Source: an uncultured virus (IMG/VR IMGVR_UViG_3300046536_000804) (taxonomy: Duplodnaviria; Heunggongvirae; Uroviricota; Caudoviricetes). From it: DNA of 64,000 nt. Shown piece after piece: positions 41,119-50,064 of this stretch (positions are counted from its first letter, which is position 1; each line of letters starts with the position of its first letter). The position numbers were made by a program, and so were the translations under genes. The notes under the pieces are model-generated. The model saw nothing but the letters and a program-made list of their open reading frames with translations, did no database searches and was not told the origin of the DNA. The DNA is taken from the IMG/VR virus record IMGVR_UViG_3300046536_000804. The stretch is one strand, 5' to 3'.

Positions 41119-41227
41119 GTCGCACTGATTGAGCCCAGGCGAAGGCTTTGCAAGGGTGCTTTTGCCGGTACTACCAGCGCCATGGTAAAGGTCGCACTGA
41201 TTGAGCCCAGGCGAAGGCTTTGCAAGG
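41119..41227. CRISPR. CRISPR-like mini-array: two identical 37-bp repeats and one 35-bp spacer
   Basis: GTCGCACTGATTGAGCCCAGGCGAAGGCTTTGCAAGG at 41119-41155 and 41191-41227; spacer 41156-41190; AT-rich leader-like region about 41228-41340; no cas gene in the window. Confidence 0.7.
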
Positions 41228-41374
41228 CTCGATCGCGTAAACCGAATAATTGTAATCCTTTACACAACACTTTGCGAGAGGTTGACGTTTTTGACATATA
41301 ACAAACTGCTGTCGCCCCACCAGAAGATAGTAAATACCGGCACCAGTTGACTTTCTGGTACGCGAGAGGCGTTG

Positions 41375-42460
41375 TTAACGAAAGATCTGAGACGGATTGG
41401 GGAACGCGTTCGGCACGACGGCCTGAAGCATCCCGCTCCACACACCAAGGCGTTGGAGATTCTGTTGACTCTGCGGTTTCAGCCCGGCCAGGACGCCAAG
41501 CGTCTTGCCGACGATCAAGCCGCGCGCGGCACCGGTCGCGGTGACCGCAGCGATGTCATAAGGCGACACCCACGGTGAGTTGCCGCTCGCATACGACGCC
41601 GCATTCACCAGGCCGGTGGTTGCGGCACGCAGCGATAGTGGGGTGTTCGCATCCTGCCAGACCGCCCGACCGAATTCGTCTTTCGGAATCATCGGCATGT
41701 TGCCGATCTCTTCCACCCCCTGCCCAAACGGTTCATCGTCGAAGGCCATCTTCAGGGTCTTGCTTTCCTCTCGGACGATGTCACGCAGAGTGACCGCCGC
41801 GTGCTTGAGCATCGGCGCCTGGTCTTGCGGTCGGAACGGCCAGCCTGAGAGCCAGGCTCGAACTCCTGGTGTTTCTGGATGGGCCTGATGAGCGGTGATG
41901 CCCCAGAGCAAGGCTGGGGCGGTGGCCAGGGCTGCCCCAGCTATTGCGGTGTTGCGGCGAAGCGTGCCGCGATTGAAATCGTCTTCTGGCAGGAGCTGCT
42001 CGCCCAGTGCACCGGCACCGTAGCCTACCCCGGCGCCAAGCATGGCACTGGTGATGGCGGCGGCCAGCGGGCTCGGTCCGCCGATGATCTTGTTGACCTC
42101 GGACGGCTGGTAGTTAAGCAGCTTGGCGGTGGTCGCCATGATCGGGCTGGACGCTGTTTTGAGCCAGACCCACGGCTGTTCACCGAAACCAGGTGGCTGG
42201 CAATCGATCGGAGCGATACAGACCCTCGGGAAGCCAAGATCGAGCAGGGCCGACCGCCAGGTGACGGCATCATCCTCGGCGGCTGCCTTGTCGAGGCCGA
42301 CATACAGATCCCAGGTCTCCGGCTGCAACAGAATATGATGCCGGATGGATGGCAGATTCCGCCAGGCTTGCCGCACAATCCGTGCGGGCGCCGTTGCGGT
42401 CTTCAGGAACTCAAGGGCTTGGTCGAGCGTCGACCGCCACGATATCGGGGTATTCGCCAT
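41375..42460 (-). CDS. Hypothetical protein (probably virion) with hydrophobic Gly/Ala segments
   Basis: Start MANTP at 42460; K-x-A motifs. Confidence 0.65.
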   Translation of the reverse strand: MANTPISWRSTLDQALEFLKTATAPARIVRQAWRNLPSIRHHILLQPETWDLYVGLDKAAAEDDAVTWRSALLDLGFPRVCIAPIDCQPPGFGEQPWVWLKTASSPIMATTAKLLNYQPSEVNKIIGGPSPLAAAITSAMLGAGVGYGAGALGEQLLPEDDFNRGTLRRNTAIAGAALATAPALLWGITAHQAHPETPGVRAWLSGWPFRPQDQAPMLKHAAVTLRDIVREESKTLKMAFDDEPFGQGVEEIGNMPMIPKDEFGRAVWQDANTPLSLRAATTGLVNAASYASGNSPWVSPYDIAAVTATGAARGLIVGKTLGVLAGLKPQSQQNLQRLGVWSGMLQAVVPNAFPNPSQIFR

Positions 42461-42518
42461 GAGGCTATTGTATCGTAACGCCGTGTCTCGTTTGCACTCA
42501 TTGACCCGAGGCAAAGGG

Positions 42519-45449
42519 TCAGTAATCCTGGGCGGCATTCTGCAGACGCTTCAAGCCGTCATCGCTGAGGCTGTTGCGAAGCGCCAGGCCGATCTTCAGA
42601 CACTCCTGATAGATCTTCTCCGCCTTGCGGCTGTCGGTGTCGTAACCGAAGGAGCTGGCCCAGTCTTCAAAGGACGAATAGTTGATGGCATCGGCGTCGG
42701 TAACCAGGCAACTGAGGACGTCCGCCAACTTCGGGAGAATTCTCTGCCGGCCTTTGCCGCTACTGTAGATGTACGGTATGACCATATCCGTGGTTACCAG
42801 ATATCGCCCGCGGATGCCGTGCTCGCACTCAAACTCGAGCAACCGCCGTTCGGCCTGCGGGTCGCCCTTGCGACTGTAACCAGTGCTCGGACAGTGACCG
42901 ACACCGGCCGAATAGTCGATGGCAACCACCAAAGACTTGCGATCGCCCTGCTGGTGGTAAATGGATACCTTCCAGTTGAGCGATCGCCATTTCTCCTCTT
43001 GATGCCTCGACTGCGAATAGGGGACGAACACCGTCTCCATGGTCAAGCCGAGTAAATCGGCAATGTCATCCAAACGTGTCGTCCCCGTTTCGCTACTCGT
43101 CATTTTCTTCTCCCCGGTTGTGGGTATCGAGAGGGCCGCCGCGTTCGACGACCTCGATACCGTCTCGACGCATGTGGTCGAGACCTTCTTGCTGCAAGTG
43201 GTTAAGAACCTTCTCCGACTTCATGTAGGCATCTGGTTCCATGAAATGGAATTCGATGCCCTGCATGAACACGTCCTTGAGATCACTGTCGCGTATCGTG
43301 GCGCCGATGAGCCTGAAGGACTGTCGTTTGTTGATGAAATCGATGATTTTTGCTTCCTGGTGCTCATCGATCTGAATGATGATTCGCGGCATGTTTCCCC
43401 CTAGTCAAAGAGTGCATCGAGTTGATCGGGACTGAACACCTCGCTCCCGACGTCATCGAGAACGCTGCAGACGCGGAAGTCGCCCTGGGTCTGCTTGTCA
43501 GGCTCGAATGTGGCGGTTGGGATACGCTCCGGAACAATAACCGCCAATGAGTCGAACAGCAAGCTCGACGTCACGGCCTCCGAGTCGACTTCGATCGTCG
43601 CGTAGCACTCCACGGTGCAGGCGACAGTAACAAGATACTTCATCGGTCCCCCTTAGAGTAACTGGATGTCTATGTCAGGATCTGTCGTCTTTTAACAGTT
43701 CGGCACGAACCAGAACGGGCGGCTTGACGACCGATTGCGACCATTTATCAGTTAACGAGCATTCAACAGTCACTCGTCCCAGCTCTATCGCTTCCTCCAA
43801 CGACTCGGCATAGAGACTGTCGATCAGCAGTCGCATTGTGTTGAACCTACTTGTGATAGGCTTCTTATACGCCTCTTCTGGAAGAAAGGTTGTCCGTGTG
43901 AACTCAAGCGAATAGTGTGGCATGTTTACTCCTGTGTGTCCCCCGTTGCACGTTTGTGGGCCTTTCGTTCGGCATGTGAATCAGGCAACTCCGTCTCGTC
44001 GACGGTCTGCCATGTTTCTTTGACGACCCAGCCGTCTATCCAGTCACCGTTCTCGAATAGCTGCAGCACCTTTCCGAGTTGAGCGTGGCGGCTAGGTATC
44101 CAACTGACCTGAACGACGTCGTCTCGCTCAAGCTTGCACTGGGTGTAGCTCGCCATCAGCAGCCTCCTCGGCGACGCGGGCGTTGATGAAGGCCATCGCC
44201 GCGTCATCGTCGACGTAGAACTGGTCGATCGGATTGGGCGCGTCAGGCCTCGACTTTCTGAGGATGAAGGCGGCGGCATTTTTGTATCCTAGCCAGGAAC
44301 TTAACAGCCGACCGGCAGCTCCCGTCAGATGGATTGCCCAACCACCGAGGCAGTGCGTGGTATCGCAAGTGTGCCAGTCAATCATTCTCAGTTTGCAACC
44401 AGGTTGGTTGATAGCCGCCAGTATCTGGGTATACGGCTTTTCAAGAACCGGGATCGGTGGCAGGTTCTGCGGTAAACCGACCCATCCGAGTTCGTCGTAC
44501 AGATCGTTGTCAGTCAAGTTTATTCCGAGTTCGGTGTAACGGTCTTGATCAGTCAAGGGTTTCTCCTTTTTCCAGAGCGGCGAGCTCCTCGATCGTGTTG
44601 TGCATTGTTCGTCCGGAACAATAGAAGTTGGGCAAGTAGAAAGTGGAGGGACACGATTTCAGCAGGATCATCCTGGCTGCCTTGTCGGGGCCTACACGAC
44701 CCTCCAGTTCATAACCGTCGTCTCCGGCCAGGTGGATGACCCAGCCGGCCAGGCAGTGCGCTGAGCCACACGCACTGTGCCAGATCCCCATATACAGACG
44801 GCCGGAATTGGTCGCCAAGATGTCGCGGATCTGACTGTAGGGCTCGGCAACTTTCGGTATCACCTGAAGAGGGATACAGAATCGGTCACACAACTTTTCA
44901 TCGGTCCAGATGTTGTCGTTCGTCATTGGGCCTCCGGGTCGTTCTCTAGTTTGAACACTTTTCTCAGATCTTCCGCACTCAACGTCAACACCGTTTCTGC
45001 ACCCGCAACGCCGGCACAAAAGCGATCGACGTCGTCGCGAGATACACGGATCTCGACGCCGAGTTCTTTCTCTGCCGCACTGGCTTCGTCCCACACCTTC
45101 AGTCGGTGCCAAAGGGCCTGACGCAAATGATTCAAGGCTTTCTCGGTCACTTTGATCCTCCACCAAAAGAAACAGGCGGCCTAACAAGGCCGCCTGTGCT
45201 TCCACCGATCACGCGTCACTTCGTGATCGTAACTTCCCACATGTTGGGACCGACCATCTTGGAGGTCAGGGCGGTCCAGCCCGGGTTCTGAGCCTGAGCT
45301 CGCTGATTGGCCTCAGCCGAGTTGCTGGCGATGATCAACACCACACGCCGCTCCACCGTGCGCTGAGTCACGGCCATTGTAACGTCGGCCGTGGTCGCAA
45401 TGGCAACGACGCCAAGAAACAGGCCGAGTGAACAAAGCATACTCTTCAT
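42519..45449 (-). other. Cluster of small hypothetical genes (42519-43103, 43093-43392, 43401-43643, 43675-43923, 44128-44556, 44549-44926, 44923-45150, 45216-45449)
   Basis: Packed ORFs; 44128-44556 and 44549-44926 are paralogs sharing WH-x(1,2)-CxxxHCLxGW. Confidence 0.7.
45162..45197 (-). terminator. Intrinsic terminator
   Basis: ACAGGCGGCC/GGCCGCCTGT hairpin with a TTTCTTTT tail on the minus strand. Confidence 0.7.
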
Positions 45450-45633
45450 AACATTCCTCCTCTGCTGCTTACGTTGCGGCAGTCTTCGTCAATGACCCGA
45501 CGAGAAGGGTTGTTCCGAATCGTCAGCACGCGGAACGCCCGATAGCTGTGATTCTCGCATAATGATGCGGCGTTTTTCGCGTTAATTTAGGGGTGAGAGC
45601 CAGTAGTCGCGATCATTGACCCGACCGGAAGGG

Positions 45634-45978
45634 TTATTGCTGCAACGTCGATGCCAATGAGGGGAAGCCGGATGCCTTAGAGAGGGTCTCCACGATAGGG
45701 GGAGCCTGGGGGCGGCGCCGTAACTTGACTGTGGGCAAGGCAGTACGTGGAATGTGAATTTTGAAGCCCGATCGATGACTTAATCCGACGATCCCTTTCT
45801 CCTCAGAATCGATCTCGAAGTTGTGCGGTTTGGCGACAATCATTCGGCGAAGGATTTCGTGCTTTGCCGGGTATCGGCGGCGGTCGCTTTCGCTCTTGGC
45901 CTTTAGCAACGACGCAACATCGGAGTCCTTGTGCGGCGCCGAGGCGATCTTCACAGCAAGTTCGTCGATAAAGCTCAT
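45634..45978 (-). CDS. Hypothetical protein
   Basis: 114 aa, coupled to the helicase gene; stop overlaps a pseudoknot element. Confidence 0.65.
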   Translation of the reverse strand: MSFIDELAVKIASAPHKDSDVASLLKAKSESDRRRYPAKHEILRRMIVAKPHNFEIDSEEKGIVGLSHRSGFKIHIPRTALPTVKLRRRPQAPPIVETLSKASGFPSLASTLQQ

Positions 45979-47444
45979 TGGTGATGCCCCTCGCTGCCGA
46001 TACTCTGCAGAATGTCAACGAACTTGTGGTTGAGATTCTCTTTCTTGTCCGAGATCGCACGCAGGTAATCGTCGGTAGCCAGGGTCTCCGGCGTTCGATC
46101 GAAGCCCACCCGGGACAGGAGACTGCCGGTCCAGCTCTTTGGCAACCGCGAGAAGAACCGCTGCACCTTCATGTTCTGCATATCTTCGGGCAGACCGATG
46201 TGGCTGTCAAACCGCAGCCCGCGGCCGATCGCCTGCCGTGACCGAACGTTCTGAAAGTGCTCGTCGAGTAACTGCGTCAGGCCGGTGCCTTTGAGCGACA
46301 ACCCTTGAGTACCGCTCGGGCCGAACAGGATGACCCGCGTGTTACCCGCGTTGTAGTCATTCACGATCTTTTTGCGTTCCTCGTCCGTGAGTCCGCCGTG
46401 GAACACGGCATGCGGGATGTTTTCTTTAGCTAACGCGGCAGCGTATGGTTCCAGCCCTGCCGACAGGAAGTTGGCGAAGGCGATCCCCTTGGCCCGCGGG
46501 TCCTTCAAGTGCTCCTTCATGTGCCCCATCGCCGCCTGCAGCTTGGTCGACTGCAAGAACGCCCGATACGGGTCGGGATCGCGATGGAACGGCAACGTTG
46601 AGAGACCGACCTGACGAGGACCGGTCAGAAAGGCCATCGTTCTACGCAGATCGTCCTCGCTCAGAGAGATCTCGTGACGCAGCTTGAATCGAATGGGCCA
46701 GGGCAACTTGCCCCAGATTCCGTTGTAAATCCGGGCCTGCTCTGGCGACATCTCGACATGGATGTCTTCGTACTTGGTCGGCACGACCGGCTTGCCTGGG
46801 TCGAAGTAGTCAACGTGACCTTTCAACTTGGTCTTGAGCTCGTCGGCGTGGTTGACGTCCAGCTCCTGCTTGCCGCCGCGACCGATGATGCGGTGGAAGA
46901 GACTGGGGTACTTCATCCTGCTGGTGACGTATCGCTTCTCGAAGTCCTCGGGCGTCATATGCTCGCCCGTCAGCATACGCAGCGGCACCGATAGTTCGCC
47001 CGGCCGGTTGACGATCGGCGTTGCGGAGAGCATCAAGACCTGGTCAGCACGGTCTGCAGCCGTCATCGCGGCCTGAGTTCTCGCAGATTCTGGATTACGA
47101 AGTTCTTGAGCCTCATCAAAGATCAAGTTCTTGCTGTTCCTGGGCAGCATCCCGGACCCTAACGCCGAATAGGACATGACATTGGGATCGGGATTGTCGG
47201 TGAACTTGTTGATCTCCTTGAGGTAGTTCTGTCGCAGCGAGGCTGGAGCTATAGCGGTGTAGGGCTCGCCACGAGCCTCGGCCGCCGCGATGGCGGACAG
47301 GCTCTTGCCGGAGCCCATCGCATGCAGGAGGAGCATCTTGAGCGGATGGTCGGCAGCTTGCTCGGCCAACGGCTTCTGATGCGGCTGGAGCTGGACCTCC
47401 GGCTTCAGAGCAGCGATCTTCTGAATTAGGAGGTGAGGAAGCAT
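45975..47444 (-). CDS. SNF2-like superfamily 2 helicase/ATPase
   Basis: MGSGKS (motif I), IFDEAQ (II), LSATP (III), QAIGRGLR (VI). Confidence 0.9.
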   Translation of the reverse strand: MLPHLLIQKIAALKPEVQLQPHQKPLAEQAADHPLKMLLLHAMGSGKSLSAIAAAEARGEPYTAIAPASLRQNYLKEINKFTDNPDPNVMSYSALGSGMLPRNSKNLIFDEAQELRNPESARTQAAMTAADRADQVLMLSATPIVNRPGELSVPLRMLTGEHMTPEDFEKRYVTSRMKYPSLFHRIIGRGGKQELDVNHADELKTKLKGHVDYFDPGKPVVPTKYEDIHVEMSPEQARIYNGIWGKLPWPIRFKLRHEISLSEDDLRRTMAFLTGPRQVGLSTLPFHRDPDPYRAFLQSTKLQAAMGHMKEHLKDPRAKGIAFANFLSAGLEPYAAALAKENIPHAVFHGGLTDEERKKIVNDYNAGNTRVILFGPSGTQGLSLKGTGLTQLLDEHFQNVRSRQAIGRGLRFDSHIGLPEDMQNMKVQRFFSRLPKSWTGSLLSRVGFDRTPETLATDDYLRAISDKKENLNHKFVDILQSIGSEGHHQ

Positions 47445-47446
47445 AT

Positions 47447-47564
47447 CGTCTTTCACCCGACGTTGAGGGTTAGCGCGAGCAAAGAGAGTCTCGATCTTTC
47501 ACCCGATCGGAAGGGCTACTGACGTGGCCTACCGCTCACTTCATTGACCCGAAGGAGAGGGTTG
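47447..47564 (-). repeat. Three tandem pseudoknot elements at 46-nt period
   Basis: Copies begin at 47447, 47493 and 47539, separated by unique linkers. Confidence 0.85.
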
Positions 47565-48665
47565 AGGATACAGCCGGCGGAACTCTTCACGAGCCTGCAC
47601 AGCAAACTCGGGGTGCTGCATTTTCAAAAGCAACTGCGGCTTCTTCGGCGGCATCTCCCAGGCCGGCGGTGGGTTCACGTCAGCCGTCGTCTGGAAGTAA
47701 CGCAGTCGCTCGGCCGGGTTGTACTGCCGAATACCCTGATATCGACCACGAGCATCGATCGCCGCGTGCAGCGGCTCCGGACCGGGCGACATCTGGAACA
47801 GCGCCCGCTGGGTCGGATCGGTTGGCGGCACACGCCACGGCAATCGAGTCGTCGAGGGGATCGGCTCGACCGGCTTGTTCAGATCGGCCTGGTTGCGTCG
47901 GTTGAGAAAATGCACACCGGCGCCGAGAGCAGCGGCACCAAGGCCGATACCGCCAAGACGTTTGACGATACGCGGGATGGCTGCCTTCTTGATGCGAACA
48001 ACGAGCGTTCCAGCATCTTTGACCCGATGAGGAGGGTTAGTTGCCGGATACTCGCGGCCGGCGTCAACCAACGAACGAATCCCCGACCCGACGTGCAGCA
48101 CTCGATTGGCTGCTTCGCTGGCCTCCAGGCCACCTCGGTGGCCGAGGAGGCCTTGCTGGTGCATCGTCTTGTAGACCTGGCCGACGTCGTGGGCCGACAT
48201 CCCGGAGTCGTTGGGCATCTGCCGGAAGACGGTCTGGGCCAGGGAGGAGTTCTCCAGAGGCGTTCGTTCTGGATGTGATTGAGAAATCGCGGCGGCCAGA
48301 GACGCTGCCGAGCCTCGATTGCCATGGACCTGGTCCCAGAGATTCGGTGCCATGGTCATCATGTACGGAGCCAGTTGCTTGATGTTCTGGCTGCCTGCTT
48401 CGATCGCCTGCTCGAACTGTGGACCGCGGGGCATCCCAGACGTCGAGACGAGCCCGCGGAGCAGTTGTTTGTAGGTTTCCCGATCGGCGTCAGCCGCATC
48501 GGCAATGGTGTCCCACTGGTTCTCGCGGCCGGCTTGCAGCTTGGCGGAGTCAAAGAGGTTCAGGCCAGGTGCGCGGACCAGACCTGAACCGCGGAGGAAG
48601 TTGCGGACCGGTGGAGCAGCGGCGAGCTGCTGCAGGGTCTCACGATCGTAGAAGGTGGCAGGCAT
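47541..48665 (-). CDS. Hypothetical protein with internal and terminal pseudoknot elements
   Basis: 374 aa; the element is translated as NPPHRVKDA internally and QPSPSGQ* at the end. Confidence 0.7.
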   Translation of the reverse strand: MPATFYDRETLQQLAAAPPVRNFLRGSGLVRAPGLNLFDSAKLQAGRENQWDTIADAADADRETYKQLLRGLVSTSGMPRGPQFEQAIEAGSQNIKQLAPYMMTMAPNLWDQVHGNRGSAASLAAAISQSHPERTPLENSSLAQTVFRQMPNDSGMSAHDVGQVYKTMHQQGLLGHRGGLEASEAANRVLHVGSGIRSLVDAGREYPATNPPHRVKDAGTLVVRIKKAAIPRIVKRLGGIGLGAAALGAGVHFLNRRNQADLNKPVEPIPSTTRLPWRVPPTDPTQRALFQMSPGPEPLHAAIDARGRYQGIRQYNPAERLRYFQTTADVNPPPAWEMPPKKPQLLLKMQHPEFAVQAREEFRRLYPQPSPSGQ

Positions 48666-49101
48666 AACGCTATTCTACCGCCAGGACGAGGTTTCTTCGT
48701 CTTTGACCCGACGAGAAGGGATTTTTTGGTCATCGATAAATTGTTGAATCAACCTGGTCATTATCTCCAGTGATTCAACCTTTAACAGACCGATGCGTCG
48801 GTAGTGCTCGAGCACGTACGGATCTACGAGAACTGACTCTGTCTTGCCCATGCTGCTACCGCCGCGAATGATGTGTGGACTTGTCATGTCTTCATCCTTT
48901 TACCCGATGAGAAGGGTTAACCTCCGCCGATAAACGGTCCCTGGCACTCACCGCCGCCGACGCGATATCGCCAGCACTCGGTGCAAGTTTGCACGTCGGA
49001 CGACGAGTCGCGTTCGTGCCCGCTCTCGAAGCACTGGTGCCAGGTGTCTTTTTTACAGTGCTGGCAATACCGCTCTTCGTTGAAGTATCGCGGTTCCTTA
49101 C

Positions 49102-49599
49102 TCATGATTCCACTCCTCGAGCAATCAAGCCGATCAGGAACAAAACCAGCAGGTGGAACGTGTTGTCCACCACGATGATCGACCATGGCGCCAAGGCGCC
49201 TGTCGCAAAAGCTTCCTGCCCGGAGACCTTCATCATCCACCACTTCGCAAGACCAAAACGGTCCACCGGCCAGTGCAGGACGAAGCACGCCACGACGCCC
49301 CACCACGGCATCCACCAAAATGCACACGCCCAGACGGCGGCTGTGTACAAGAGGCAGTGCACAGTGCAGGCCACATGACCGGTCTGACTAGCCATGATCT
49401 TCTCTCGCCATATCGACGATTCGGTTGTTTCTTTGCGGATGTTACCGCCACTGTCGCCGACAAATAGTTGGCTGTCGTCAAGATACGAAAGACCTGGCTT
49501 GTGCCAGGTCACAGGGTTCGTCTTGTTCTTTGCGAGCCAATCATTCTGAAAAATGTAGTCGCCGAGCAGGTGCCCGACGAGTAGTCCAAACGATTCCAT
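49102..49599 (-). CDS. DUF3307-like membrane protein
   Basis: HLLGDYIFQNDWLAxxK, HCLLY, HWxVD and DNTFH motifs. Confidence 0.75.
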   Translation of the reverse strand: MESFGLLVGHLLGDYIFQNDWLAKNKTNPVTWHKPGLSYLDDSQLFVGDSGGNIRKETTESSIWREKIMASQTGHVACTVHCLLYTAAVWACAFWWMPWWGVVACFVLHWPVDRFGLAKWWMMKVSGQEAFATGALAPWSIIVVDNTFHLLVLFLIGLIARGVES

Positions 49600-49643
49600 A
49601 TAGTCATTTCCCGGCGTTGACCTCTTTCACCCGAGGCAAAGGG

Positions 49644-50021
49644 TTAGATCGGCTTCTCGCCGACGCCGTCCCATGGTAACGCATACTTCTCCGCGATCAT
49701 CTCTGTGGCATAATCCTTACCGTCCGGAAGGACGATCGACGCCAACCACCGGCCGTACTTGTCGATGCCACGCGTCTTGGCAGGACTGACCGTAACCACG
49801 GTGCCGACCGGCACCATTTCAATGGCTCTGGCTTTCGATGCAAGACCACGCGTCTTCTCGTCAGGATTCAGGCTGTGGACCTCCGGAGCGTTCATGCCGA
49901 ACACACGGATGGTTCGGAAGAGCGTGATGTGGAAGCCGAGATCGATGAGATCAAGGTCCGCGGCGACGTGACACGTGTCACCGTCTAGCCAATCGATGAT
50001 CTTGCAAGCATAGGTAGCCAT
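49644..50021 (-). CDS. Thermonuclease (SNase) family nuclease
   Basis: DGDT, IRVFGMNAPE and DKYGRWLA motifs. Confidence 0.9.
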   Translation of the reverse strand: MATYACKIIDWLDGDTCHVAADLDLIDLGFHITLFRTIRVFGMNAPEVHSLNPDEKTRGLASKARAIEMVPVGTVVTVSPAKTRGIDKYGRWLASIVLPDGKDYATEMIAEKYALPWDGVGEKPI

Positions 50022-50064
50022 ATTTCACACCATTGCGCTGCCGTCTTTGACCCGACGTAGAGGG

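Noticed and set aside
47447..47564. The triple repeat as a CRISPR array
   Set aside because: Units differ internally in a covarying way, linkers are only about 20 nt, and the same unit is dispersed singly across the window
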